Assembly (NCBI GenBank): GCA_041690135.1
Contig: JAWLHY010000003.1
Location: 928,001 to 992,000, forward strand
DNA length: 64,000 bases
Origin: Armatimonadota bacterium
Lineage (GTDB): Bacteria > Armatimonadota > SYMT01
Direction of reading: 5' to 3'
Positions within the stretch are counted from its first letter, which is position 1; every line of letters begins with the position of its first letter. The notes below the pieces were generated by a model. The model was not told the DNA's origin and did not search any database. It saw nothing but the letters and a program-made list of their open reading frames with translations. Both the position numbers and the translations under genes were made by a program. Positions 9,972-19,883 of the stretch are shown piece by piece.

Positions 9972-10949
9972 ATGCGCTGGTCTCAGATTCCACGGCCTCG
10001 CATTTGTTTGTTACTTGCCGCAATTATTAGTTGCGGTTCCCAGGCCAAGCCTGTCGTAGATCTACGAGGCGCCGATCCAGGAGGTGGCCGCCTGCTCATT
10101 CCTGACGCGGAGGAATGGCGCGTGTACCAGGAACGCGTCAAGGCGGCCCGGCGGGCGAAACCCCGCAATGAACTGGTGTGGGGCCACCAGAGTAACGAGA
10201 CTCTCCACCGGCAGGTGCCGATCTGGGTGAAGGTGGAGCCCCGCAAGCCGGTCGACGGTACCCAGCGGAGTACCCTGCACGTCTTCCTGGAAGACACCAT
10301 CGGCAACCGGGTCCGTACCGTTCCGGATTCGGTCCTCCTGGAGCCGGAGGCGCCCCTGCGAGTGGTCGGCCCGGCGCGGAAAGCGACCCGCGACGGCGCC
10401 GTTACCTTCGACGTGGAGTGGCCGGTGGGAAAGCCGGCCAGGGCTACGGTTCGGGCGATGCCGTACGTGAGCAGTCGGGAAGTCATCCTCCCCAGTGGCT
10501 CTCCCCTGGAACTGTTGCCTCATCCCGAGCCGGTGATCAAGACGCTTCCCCTTTCACCCGAGATCAAAGACCTGATGGAGAGGACGCTTGCCTGGGCTCG
10601 CAAAATTCAGCCAGAAGGGCAGGCCATGCGGGCAACAAGGTTCGCATTTCTCCGTGCTCACAACCCGCTTTCGCTGCGGCGGTACCCGGAAGCGCTGGAG
10701 GCCCTGGAGTTGGCGCAGCGCGAGTTCCACGATCCGATCTCTACCTGGGTGCGGGGGCAGCTTCTGCGCCGGATGGGCCGGGCCAAAGAGGGGGACGCCA
10801 TCCTCGCGGAGTTGGCCCGGAAGCACCCGGACAGCGTTCCCGCGCAGTTCACCAGGCCGCAACCGGGCGAGGTCTGGTTCACCCCGTATAACGGCCCGAT
10901 CCGGGATGCCGGGGAGGTGGGGAAGGATGCCGGCACCCCGAAGGGGTGA
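9972..10949 (+). CDS. Exported (possible lipo)protein with C-terminal TPR-like helices
   Basis: Hydrophobic signal ending IISC; YPEALEALE..GQLLRRMGRAKEGDAILAELARKHPDS. Confidence 0.65.
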   Translation: MRWSQIPRPRICLLLAAIISCGSQAKPVVDLRGADPGGGRLLIPDAEEWRVYQERVKAARRAKPRNELVWGHQSNETLHRQVPIWVKVEPRKPVDGTQRSTLHVFLEDTIGNRVRTVPDSVLLEPEAPLRVVGPARKATRDGAVTFDVEWPVGKPARATVRAMPYVSSREVILPSGSPLELLPHPEPVIKTLPLSPEIKDLMERTLAWARKIQPEGQAMRATRFAFLRAHNPLSLRRYPEALEALELAQREFHDPISTWVRGQLLRRMGRAKEGDAILAELARKHPDSVPAQFTRPQPGEVWFTPYNGPIRDAGEVGKDAGTPKG

Positions 10950-11014
10950 GTGGTGCGGCCGACATCGAGCCCCGACTGCCAACGCCCGGCGGTTCGTCTT
11001 TCACAAGGGCGTTG

Positions 11015-11119
11015 CTCTGCCGCCCCTCCGGGGCTTTTCATAGGGGCATTGGGTCCGGGGGTTGGCACCCCCCTGCCCGCATGCGGGCGCCCGATTTCCG
11101 GTCGCCCCTCTGGGGCTAG
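11015..11119. repeat. REP/REPIN-like palindromic element (intergenic copy)
   Basis: GCCCCTCCGGGGCT and GTCGCCCCTCTGGGGCT units flank a GGGGGTTGGCACCCCC hairpin. Confidence 0.75.
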
Positions 11120-11139
11120 ATACCGGCCTTCAGTGAGGC

Positions 11140-12678
11140 CTATTTCTCAAACTTGAACAAACTCCGGCCTACGCGGATCTCGTCGCCGGGCTTGAGCGCG
11201 ATCTCGGCCACCGTGGCGTCGTTGACGTGGGTGCCGTTGGCGGAGCCCAGGTCGCGGATGCGGTAGATGTCGCCGTCCCGGACGATTTCGGCGTGGCGGC
11301 GGGAAGTGGCGCTGTCCCGCTCCAGGCAGACGCGGTTGTCCACCTGCCGGCCGAGGGTGGCGCCGTCGGTTACGTCGAAGGTCTCGCCGTTGTAGGCTCC
11401 CTCCAGGCAGCGGAGGCGTGCCGGGGGGACCGCCGGGGCGGTCGGACGCAGCATTTCTGTGGCGAACTCCGCGGCCGGGCGTGAAGCAGCCGGGGTTACC
11501 GGGGGAGACACCGCTTCCGCCGGTTCGGGACGCACGCTCCGGGCGCGGGTCGAGTAGGGGTCTTCTCCAACGGCGTCCGGCACCGGCGCGGCCGGACGTG
11601 CGCGGGTGGCGTAGGCGTCGTCCGTCGCCGGAGCAGCCGCCCGCGACCGGGTCTGCAATGCGTCGTCTTCGTCCGGCACCACGAACTCTTCTTCTGCGTA
11701 GGGCGGTTCGGTTTTCAGTGCGGGATGTTGTTCTGTCGCCCCTTCAGGGCTTTTCTGAATGGGCCTCAGGTCCGGGGGTTCACACCCCCGGCTATTGTCC
11801 TGTCGCCCCTCCGGGGCTACGAAGCGGCTCTTGCCAAAGTCAGTACTACCCTCTCCCGGTATCTCGCTCGGGGTTCGGGCGCGGGTGATAAGTGCATCGC
11901 CGGGTTCGGCGGGCGCATCGGGCCGGGTTGCCTGGGCGCGGGTCGCAAAGACATCCTCCGGTCCTGCCGGGGTCGGCTGGGCGGGGCGCGCCCGGGTGGC
12001 GAAGGCGTCCGGATCTGCGGATTCCGGCGCTTGCCCCGGCTGGGGCCCGCGGGCGCGGGTCGCGACCGGGTCATCCACTTCCGGAGCGGCTGCCCGTGCG
12101 CGGGTGGCAAACGGATCTTCCTGGGAAGGCGCATCCGCACCCCGCGCTCGAGTGGCGAAGGCGTCGTCCGGGGTTGCGCTGCTCTCGGGCTGGCGGGCGC
12201 GGGTAGCGAAGGCGTCGTCGGTCGCGCCAGTGCTTTCGGGCCGCCGAGCGCGCGTCGCAAAAGTGTCCTCTTCCGCCGTACTTCCTCCGCGGGCGCGGGT
12301 GGCGAAAGCATCTTCAGAACCGGCGGCGCCTGCGGGAGTCGCACCGCGGGCGCGAGTGGCGAAGGCATCGTCCGCGGGTACCGCGCCCCGCGCGCGGGTG
12401 GCGAAGGCATCAGCGCCCGCCGAACCGCTGGCCGCGGGCCGATGCCCCCGGGTAGCGAAGGCATCGTCCGCGGAAGCGGAACCGGAGGGGGAGGAGGAAT
12501 CGGAGGCTCGGGAGCGGGTCATCAACGCATCGTTTCCGTCCTCCGCCGCCGGCGCGGGGGAGAAACCTGCTGATGCCGGATCTTCCGCGGTGGGAGTCTT
12601 CTTGCGCGAAAGTGCCACCGCCACCACGACCGCCAGCACGATCAGGACCCCGATCCCGATAACGAGCGGGTTCGCCAT
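11140..12678 (-). CDS. Single-pass membrane protein with ~16 DDAFATRAR repeats and a C-terminal FHA domain
   Basis: N-terminal TM (LVIGIGVLIVLAVVVAVAL); FHA signature GR..SRRHA..DLGSANGT..GDEIRVG. Confidence 0.9.
   Translation of the reverse strand: MANPLVIGIGVLIVLAVVVAVALSRKKTPTAEDPASAGFSPAPAAEDGNDALMTRSRASDSSSPSGSASADDAFATRGHRPAASGSAGADAFATRARGAVPADDAFATRARGATPAGAAGSEDAFATRARGGSTAEEDTFATRARRPESTGATDDAFATRARQPESSATPDDAFATRARGADAPSQEDPFATRARAAAPEVDDPVATRARGPQPGQAPESADPDAFATRARPAQPTPAGPEDVFATRAQATRPDAPAEPGDALITRARTPSEIPGEGSTDFGKSRFVAPEGRQDNSRGCEPPDLRPIQKSPEGATEQHPALKTEPPYAEEEFVVPDEDDALQTRSRAAAPATDDAYATRARPAAPVPDAVGEDPYSTRARSVRPEPAEAVSPPVTPAASRPAAEFATEMLRPTAPAVPPARLRCLEGAYNGETFDVTDGATLGRQVDNRVCLERDSATSRRHAEIVRDGDIYRIRDLGSANGTHVNDATVAEIALKPGDEIRVGRSLFKFEK
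11732..11819. repeat. REP/REPIN-like element lying in frame within the FHA gene
   Basis: TGTCGCCCCTTCAGGGCT..CCGGGGGTTCACACCCCCGG..TGTCGCCCCTCCGGGGCT, same architecture as 11015-11119. Confidence 0.75.
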
Positions 12679-13484
12679 GAGAAACGGCTCCAGGGCCTCG
12701 CCTCTATTTTCGATCCCGGTCCGCACTCCCGGTCCGGTCAGCCAGATTCGGGCGCTCACGCGCGTCTCCTTCTCAATACTCGTGGTGAACACCTACTGCT
12801 TCGTGTTATAGCCGTTCTCCAGGAGGGCTGGAAGGCCCTCGTGGCGGAATTGTGTGTCGTTTTGTGTAGCAAGCAGCCAGGGGGTTTTGTGTATTGTGCG
12901 TATTCTGTGCTTGGGCCCCTGGGAATGCGAGCGTTAGGCGTCGGGCAGCGTGGAGCGCACTCCAGATTCCGGTACGACCTCGGAGATCAACATCGCCGGG
13001 AAATCCCTTGTTCCGCACTCCTTGCAGGATGGGGGTGCAGGTTGCGCGGGCCAGATATGGTCGGCCCTAGCCGGGGAGCCTGATGGATTGGGACCACGAT
13101 AAAGATAAAGAGTCCCGCTCCTCGGCATGACGTGCGGGGTACAGCCTGACGGTCAGATGGCCTCTTGCAAATTGCGCGCGAAGCATGCAAAGAGTAGATC
13201 GGTAGGTACTGGCGGAACTGAAGAGGCGGAAGGGGGGCTTCCATCGGAAGTGGGAAGGCCCGTTGAGCCGACATCCCTAATTGACATTGGGTGAATACCG
13301 TGCCCGCGGGATTCAGCGCTGTCAGTTGCCCAGAGAGTAGTCACCCTCCGCGGCAGGGCGCCTGGTGGGTCTTTGGTCTTGCGGGCTCCCATCCGCTCTC
13401 GCGGGGTGCCGGAGCCGCATTCCACACGACAAGACGGGTGCAAGACCACAGTTTTCCACCCCTGGCAGCCAAGGACTCCGCCCT

Positions 13485-13570
13485 TCAGCCCCTGGCCCCC
13501 GAGGGGGGCTTCAACCTTCAACCTGCAAACCATCTAACCTGCCAACCTTTAGCCCCCGAGGGGGGCCAGA
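13485..13570. repeat. GCCCCCGAGGGGGGC palindromes flanking (T/C)AACCT short-period repeats
   Basis: Two palindromes around ttcaaccttcaacctgcaaaccatctaacctgccaacctt. Confidence 0.65.
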
Positions 13571-13615
13571 ACCCGTTCGGGCCAAACCGCAGCAGGATCA
13601 TGGAGAGACTAAAGA

Positions 13616-16558
13616 GTGCCTGAGCTTCGTATTGGGGGACGACTGAACCGGCGTTACCGCATCCAGCGCTTCGTGGCGGCGGGTGGTTTCGGCGAGGTGT
13701 ACCAGGCCCACGACACGCGGCTCAACGTGGACGTGGCGCTCAAGGTGCTCAAGGATGCGGTGCGGCGAGACGCGCGGTCGCGCGAGGACTTCCTGACGGA
13801 GGCGCAGCGGCAGGCGGTACTGCGGGGCCATCCGCACGTGGTGAACGTGCTGGATGTGGATGAGGTGGAGCACGACGGCGAGCCGTTCCCCTTCTGCATC
13901 ATGGAATGGCTGCCCGGCGGGACGCTCCAGCAGTCGGTCCCGACCGGCGGGGCGCGCCCCGACATCGACCAGGTGCGGCGCTGGATGGGCCAGGCGGCGG
14001 ATGCGCTGGCGGCCTCGGCCGAGCGGCAGATGGTCCATAGAGACGTGAAGCCCGGCAACATTTTCCGGGATGGCACCGGTATCGCCAAACTGGGCGACTT
14101 CGGCCTGGCGAAGATGCTCACCCGCAGCGTGGCGCAGGTGAGCCAGCAGATCGGCACCCTCGCCTTTATGGCGCCGGAGCAGTTCAAGGTGGGCGGCCAG
14201 ATCACGCCGGCGGCGGACGTTTTTGCCCTGGGCAGCACCCTCTGGCTGATGCTGGTGGGCAAGGTCCCGCTCCAGTACGGTGGGCAGATGTTGGTCACTC
14301 CTGGACACGTCACGCCTCGCCTGAGGAACGTTCTCGCCAACTGCCCGGCCGATCTCGATGAGCTGGTCGCCGCCATGCTCGAGGCGGACCCGGCCCGCCG
14401 GCCCACCGCCAGCGAGGCACGCGACCTGCTGTGGGCGCCGCTTTCCGGGCGGACAGCCCCGTCCGTGTCGCTGCCGAGCGCACCGGCCGCGCCTGCTCCC
14501 GGCGCGGCCACCACTCCGCCGGGGACCACCGGCAAACCGTCCCGTGGGCTGTTCTCCGGCTGGAACCTGTTCCGGTCCGCCACGGCGAGCCGCTCGGTGG
14601 TACTGCCGGGCCAGGATGCGGTGATGGCGACCGAGCGCCTGAACTCCCCCGCGGCTCCCAAACCAGCCACGCAGCCGGCGTCCAGTGCGGCGGCTCCGGT
14701 GCCGGCGCACGGAGAGCGAGCCCGCTGGTCCGACCCGGAGGAGGATGCACCGCTGCCTGCGAAAGCGGCTCTCTGCTTCGGCTCGCCCCGGTTTCGGCAC
14801 GACGGGAACATCGTGGCCGTAGCGGTGACCCCGGACGGTCGCCGTGCGGTCGCCGCCTGCGAGGACCGCACGCTGCGGGTGTGGGACCTCGTAACCGGCC
14901 GGGAGTTACGCTGCCTGGTGGGGCATACCGATCACGTGCTGGCCGTGGCGATCACTCCCGACAGCCGGCGGGCCGTGAGCGCCGCCGCCGATAAGAGCTT
15001 GCGGGTATGGGACCTCGAGAGCGGCTACGAGATCTGTGCGATGACCGGGCATACCGACGCAGTGCGCGCTGTTACCCTCACGCCGAACGGCCGCTGTGTG
15101 GTTTCCGGCAGCGCCGATCGCTCCGTGCAGGTGTGGGACCTCGAGTCCGGCCGGGACCTCTTCTGGCTCGGGCGGCACACCGGGCCGGTACACGCGGTGG
15201 CGGTGACCCAGGACGGCAAGTACGTCGTGAGCGCGGGCGCGGATTCCACCCTGCGCGTCTGGGACCTGGTCGCCCGCCAGGAACTGTACCGGATCGAAGG
15301 CTCCGCGGGCATCATCTATTCTGTCGCCCTCACGCCCGACGGCACCCAGATCGTGGCGGGAAACTACGACTATTCCGTCACCGTGTGGGAGATGGAGACC
15401 GGGCGCGAGATCCACCGGTTGCTGGGCCACACGGCGCCGGTCTCCTCGGTGGCGGTCACGCCCGATGGGACCCGGATCGTCTCCGCCGGCCGCGATGGAG
15501 TCGTGCGCGTGTGGGATCTCGTCACGGGAGCGGAAGTCTACGTCTTCCAGGGGCACGATGGCCCGGTCAATGGGGTGACGGTGACTCCCGACCGCCGCTT
15601 CGCGGTGTCGGGCAGCGACGACCGTACCCTGCGCATGTGGAATCTGGAGACCGGCGAGGAGCACCGTCGGGTGCAGGGTCATACCCGGTCAGTCACCTGC
15701 GCGGCCATCTCGCCGGACGGGCGGTTTGCCGTCTCCGGTAGCTGGGACCGCACCCTCCGCGTGTGGGATATCCGCCGGGGCTCCGAGCTCTGCCGCCTGG
15801 AAGGGCATGGAAGCACCGTGTTCGCGACCACCATTCTCCCGGACTCGGTGCGCGCCGTTTCCGCCAGTGGCGACGGTACCCTGGGGATCTGGTCGCTGGA
15901 GAGCGGGCAGGAGCTTTCGCGCCTGAGCGGTCACGTGGGCGCCATCCGCGGCCTGGCCGTGCTGCCGAACGGGCAGCGGGCCATTTCCTCCGGAGATGAC
16001 CGCACGCTGCGGCTGTGGGATCTCACCACCGGCCAGGAGATTCGGCAGATCGACGTGCGACCGTACATCGCCACGGCCCTGGCGGTGACGCCGGACGGGA
16101 GACGCGCCGTCTGCGCCGCCGACGACCGCACCCTCCGTGTGTGGGACCTGGAAGCAGGACGCGAGAGACGGCGGATGGAAGGCCATACCTCCACGGTCCA
16201 CGCCGTGGCCATGTCGCCCGCCGGTAAACTGGCCGTCTCGGCCGGCGGGGACGGCACCCTGCGCGTGTGGGACATCGACAGCGGCCGGGAGCGGCGACGG
16301 TTGGAGGGGCACGACGGCAACGTCTATTCCGTTTGCATTTCTCCCGACGGCCGGCATGCGGTGTCGGCCGGCTACGACGAGACGCTCCGCGTGTGGGACC
16401 TCGAGCGCGGCCAGGCGGTGAGCACCCTCCACAATCCCTTTGTCCCGCTCTGCCTCACCCTTGCGCCCAGCGGGAACTGGGTGCTCACCGGCAACGCCAA
16501 CACCAGCCTCACCCTCTATACCTTCGCCGCGGTCCTGGCCGGCGACACCGGAATCTAA
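13616..16558 (+). CDS. Hanks-type Ser/Thr protein kinase with 14 WD40 repeats
   Basis: GGFGEV, VALK, HRDVKPGN, DFG, MAPE, DVFALG; 14 GH..WD units counted. Confidence 0.95.
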   Translation: MPELRIGGRLNRRYRIQRFVAAGGFGEVYQAHDTRLNVDVALKVLKDAVRRDARSREDFLTEAQRQAVLRGHPHVVNVLDVDEVEHDGEPFPFCIMEWLPGGTLQQSVPTGGARPDIDQVRRWMGQAADALAASAERQMVHRDVKPGNIFRDGTGIAKLGDFGLAKMLTRSVAQVSQQIGTLAFMAPEQFKVGGQITPAADVFALGSTLWLMLVGKVPLQYGGQMLVTPGHVTPRLRNVLANCPADLDELVAAMLEADPARRPTASEARDLLWAPLSGRTAPSVSLPSAPAAPAPGAATTPPGTTGKPSRGLFSGWNLFRSATASRSVVLPGQDAVMATERLNSPAAPKPATQPASSAAAPVPAHGERARWSDPEEDAPLPAKAALCFGSPRFRHDGNIVAVAVTPDGRRAVAACEDRTLRVWDLVTGRELRCLVGHTDHVLAVAITPDSRRAVSAAADKSLRVWDLESGYEICAMTGHTDAVRAVTLTPNGRCVVSGSADRSVQVWDLESGRDLFWLGRHTGPVHAVAVTQDGKYVVSAGADSTLRVWDLVARQELYRIEGSAGIIYSVALTPDGTQIVAGNYDYSVTVWEMETGREIHRLLGHTAPVSSVAVTPDGTRIVSAGRDGVVRVWDLVTGAEVYVFQGHDGPVNGVTVTPDRRFAVSGSDDRTLRMWNLETGEEHRRVQGHTRSVTCAAISPDGRFAVSGSWDRTLRVWDIRRGSELCRLEGHGSTVFATTILPDSVRAVSASGDGTLGIWSLESGQELSRLSGHVGAIRGLAVLPNGQRAISSGDDRTLRLWDLTTGQEIRQIDVRPYIATALAVTPDGRRAVCAADDRTLRVWDLEAGRERRRMEGHTSTVHAVAMSPAGKLAVSAGGDGTLRVWDIDSGRERRRLEGHDGNVYSVCISPDGRHAVSAGYDETLRVWDLERGQAVSTLHNPFVPLCLTLAPSGNWVLTGNANTSLTLYTFAAVLAGDTGI

Positions 16559-16562
16559 CACC

Positions 16563-18662
16563 ATGCTCACCGAAAAGCTCACCCAGAAGTTCACCGGCAA
16601 GGGGCCCGGCGCGAAACGTGTCAAGGGTCGCGCCTTTCTCTGGATCGGCTCCATCCTTATCGGCCTGGTCTCCTTCGCGGGAATCTGGGCGCTGCAGGCG
16701 GCGCTGGTGGGGGCGAAGTTCTATCCGCTCATCGCGCTGCAGGGGGTGGTTTACGACCGGGGTATGACCGCTCACGCCCGCGGCTACCAGGCGGCCCACG
16801 TGGAACCTGGCGATGTGGTGGTGATCGAGGTCAAGGAGAGCACGCTCCAGAACTTCGAGGACGGGCTGACGGGCCTGGTTCCAGGTGTGGCCGGAACGCA
16901 CAACTACTCGGACCATCCGCGCGTGTTTCACACCCGCCTGCTGCAGAACCTGACCCGGTGGGGAGCGAAGACGGTGGTGTTCGACATGGTGTTCGGCGCG
17001 CCGCAGCCCGAGTTCGACAAAGCGTTCGCGGATGCGATCCGCGCGCACGGCAACGTGATCCTGGCGGCCTCCCAGGAGCGCAGCGTGGAAGCCGGCGGCC
17101 AGGGGGAGGTGACCAGCCTGACGCGGCCCACCGCCGATCTCCGCGAAGCCGCCGCGGGGATTGGGGTCGCCAACATCGACAAGGACATCGACCAGGCACT
17201 CCGGCAGTTCACGTGGTGGTACAAGAGCTTTGACGAGGACACCCTGGAAGACACGAACTTCCCGGCCCTGGGCGTGGCGGCCGCGGCACTCTTCAAGGGG
17301 GAGAGCCCGAAGGAGATCGTCAGGACCCCGCCGCAGTTCCAGTGGAGCTTCCTGGGGCACCCGGTCCGGTGGACCGACTTCGGCGGCTCCCGCGCGTCCT
17401 TCATCCGGTACTACGGCGAGGCCGGTTTCCCTTCCGGTAAGAACTCCGTCATCCAGTATGAGCAGGTGGTGAAGCGCGGCCAGGATGCCACGGACGACGA
17501 GCGCCTGCGCAAGCTCTTCTCCGGCAAGCTGGTATTCGTGGGGGATGCCACCCTATTGGGCCAGGACGTCCACCGGGTCCCCGTGATCTCCTCCAGCCAG
17601 GGGCTGGGTGACACGCAGAATATGGCGGGGGTAGAGGTCCAGGCCCACGCGGCCCAGACGCTGTTGACGGGGCAATATCCGGTGGCGGTGTCCCCCGTGG
17701 TCAATGCGCTGGTGGTGCTGGCCGCCTGTCTGCTGGCCGCGGTACTGGGGCGGCTGTTCACACCCACGGTCCTGGTGCCGGCTGTGGGCGTGCTGATCGC
17801 GGTCTTCTGGTTCGGGAGCATCCAGCTCCTGGGCAGCGCCAACGTGTGGTGGGAGCCGGTGACCGCCTCCGTGGGTCTCGTCACCGCCGCCGCGGGTGAG
17901 ACCGCCTTCATGTTCGTGGCCGAGCGCAAGCAGCGGGAGAAGGCCAAGCGCCAGCTCAACCGCCACGTGGGCGCCGGCGTGGCCGACAAGCTGACCGAGG
18001 ACGAATGGCAGGAGATGGGCGGCGAGACCCGTGAAATCACGATGCTCTTCTCCGACCTTCAGGGGTTCACCAGCCTCTCCGAGAACATGACCAGCCCGGA
18101 GATCTGTTCGCTGCTCAACCGGTACTTCGAGGTGATCTTCCCCATCCTCTTCGAGCACGGGGGCACGTTGGACAAGCTGATGGGGGACGGCATGATGGCC
18201 TACTTCGGCTGGCCGCAGCGGCAGCACGACCACGCGGCCCGCGCCATCCGCTGCGCCATCGAGATGCAGCAGGCCCTGGAAGAGTGGCAGCGGCAACCGG
18301 AGTTCGCGGGCGCTCCGCCGCTCCGGACGCGCGTCGGCATCCACACGGGGGCCGCGACGGTCGGCGAAATCGGCGCTCTCGATCGTGTCGGCTTTACGGT
18401 GATCGGGGACGTGGTAAACGTTGCCTCGCGCCTCGAAGGGATGAACAAGGACTTCGGCACCACCATCCTGATCAGCGACGCGACCCGCAGCTCGGCCGGC
18501 GAGATCGTTCCGATGACCCACCGCGGCGTGGCGACGGTCCGTGGGCGCAAGGAGCCGATGCCGGTCTATTCGGTGGACAGCGCCACCTCCACCGGCCGCC
18601 AGCGGACCGGGCGCACGGGCAGCGCCAGCTTCCAGGTGACGGACACCCAGTCCGGAGGTTAA
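16563..18662 (+). CDS. CHASE2-domain class III adenylate cyclase
   Basis: CHASE2 (VVFDMVF, GVEVQAH), 3 TM, FSDLQGFT, DKLMGDG, FTVIGDVVNVASRLE (Lys/Thr substrate residues typical of ATP-specific enzymes). Confidence 0.92.
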   Translation: MLTEKLTQKFTGKGPGAKRVKGRAFLWIGSILIGLVSFAGIWALQAALVGAKFYPLIALQGVVYDRGMTAHARGYQAAHVEPGDVVVIEVKESTLQNFEDGLTGLVPGVAGTHNYSDHPRVFHTRLLQNLTRWGAKTVVFDMVFGAPQPEFDKAFADAIRAHGNVILAASQERSVEAGGQGEVTSLTRPTADLREAAAGIGVANIDKDIDQALRQFTWWYKSFDEDTLEDTNFPALGVAAAALFKGESPKEIVRTPPQFQWSFLGHPVRWTDFGGSRASFIRYYGEAGFPSGKNSVIQYEQVVKRGQDATDDERLRKLFSGKLVFVGDATLLGQDVHRVPVISSSQGLGDTQNMAGVEVQAHAAQTLLTGQYPVAVSPVVNALVVLAACLLAAVLGRLFTPTVLVPAVGVLIAVFWFGSIQLLGSANVWWEPVTASVGLVTAAAGETAFMFVAERKQREKAKRQLNRHVGAGVADKLTEDEWQEMGGETREITMLFSDLQGFTSLSENMTSPEICSLLNRYFEVIFPILFEHGGTLDKLMGDGMMAYFGWPQRQHDHAARAIRCAIEMQQALEEWQRQPEFAGAPPLRTRVGIHTGAATVGEIGALDRVGFTVIGDVVNVASRLEGMNKDFGTTILISDATRSSAGEIVPMTHRGVATVRGRKEPMPVYSVDSATSTGRQRTGRTGSASFQVTDTQSGG

Positions 18663-18939
18663 CAGCAACCGCGGCAGGTGGAACGGGTGCGGGAAGTGAT
18701 AACGTGCCGGTTCCGCCTGCCGTTGCGTTTGCCGGGCGTGGGGTCGGCGCAAGAGCTACGTCCGTCCACCTGTCGTGAGTTGGGTGGGTGTCCAGGGGTT
18801 GGTGGGACGTATCTGAACGGTTTTGACCACCCGCCACGAACCTGTTTCTCCACCCGGATCCGCGAGGTTTGCCGGAGTGACGGCGCTTGCGCGGCCGTGT
18901 GATGGGAAAAAGTACCTGCTGAGTTGATTGCACGCACCC

Positions 18940-19330
18940 TTGGGTAGGGGAACGGTCGCCGTCCCTTCCCCAGCGCATAGTTCCGCACCCATTGGCCAAC
19001 CATGCAGTGCCCCTGGCCTGCGGTGGCGCGGTGGCCCGTGCTGCATAACGGGATCATTGCCGATACGCCACGTGCGGCACTCGGACATAACGGCGGTGCG
19101 TGGCGCGTGACGGTTGCGGAGGCAAGGTCCTGGTCGGCGACAGTCCTAACTCCGCCGGGTGTACGAGCCGACCCCTACCCACGCGCATATCGGCCGACTT
19201 CGTCACAGTGGCTTCACGGTCCCACAACCGCGTACACCAACAGGGCACACCGGCCCGGTCCGCATATGCAATTTTGCATACGCTCATCAGCCCCATCGCA
19301 GGGCAAGCACGGCGGCTGCCCCTACACTTC
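18940..19330. repeat. GTAG-type REP cluster, homologous to 41300-41580
   Basis: GTAGGGGAACGGTCG..CCCTTCCCCAGCG and GGTCGGCGACAG..CGAGCCGACCCCTAC units shared with the 41.3-41.6 kb cluster. Confidence 0.75.
19144..19163. mobile_element. Putative 20-nt inserted element (copy 1)
   Basis: TCCTAACTCCGCCGGGTGTA present here and absent from the homologous REP at 41341-41368. Confidence 0.6.
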
Positions 19331-19560
19331 GGGTCACCAGGGCATTGTGTCGCAGAGCCGCCACTGAAAATCCGCCCTCCTTATCCTCATCCTCATCGCC
19401 ACAGCCTCCATGGTTAGCGGGTCTCCGCTCCGGGTAACACCGGCTGAAGACGGCCTCCAGGCGCAAAGCCAGTGGGGGCGTAACCGAATCAGAGATAACC
19501 CTCCGGCTACTGCCGGGGTTGTGTTTCCGAACCCTGTGGGGGGAGGTAAGGGAGAAAGCG

Positions 19561-19824
19561 ATGGGATTTCTTGCCTGGATCGTGGTTGGCTTGATTGCGG
19601 GCTGGCTCGCGAAGATGGTGGTTCCGGGTCGGGAGCCGGGTGGCTTCTTTGCCACGCTGGCCATCGGTGTCGTGGGCGCCATTCTCGGCGGGTGGATCTG
19701 GAACCTCTTCGGCGGCGTGGGCGCCACCGGTATTAACCTGGGCAGTATCCTGGTAGCCTTCGTAGGGTCCGTGGTCCTGCTGTTGCTCTACCACGCGGTA
19801 GTTAGCCCCCGCAGCCGGGTATAA
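19561..19824 (+). CDS. GlsB/YeaQ/YmgE family (transglycosylase-associated) membrane protein
   Basis: MGFLAWIVVGLIAGWLAKMVVPG..GVVGAILGGW..GSVVLL. Confidence 0.92.
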   Translation: MGFLAWIVVGLIAGWLAKMVVPGREPGGFFATLAIGVVGAILGGWIWNLFGGVGATGINLGSILVAFVGSVVLLLLYHAVVSPRSRV

Positions 19825-19883
19825 GGGCTCCGGGTTCCGATGGAGAACCCCGAGGCAGGATCGGATAGACGGGAGGAGAGACG

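Noticed and set aside
11540-12535. CRISPR-like repeat-spacer pattern (~27-nt repeat, unique spacers)
   Set aside because: Repeats vary at synonymous positions, the array stays in one frame within an ORF, and there are no cas genes.
13160-13215. c-di-GMP-I riboswitch (GCAAA..GCAAAG)
   Set aside because: Lacks the GNRA stem, GACGCAAAGC core and receptor helix.
14790-16520. Highly conserved WD40 repeats as a diversifying array
   Set aside because: Repeats are diverged at DNA level; ordinary WD40 architecture.
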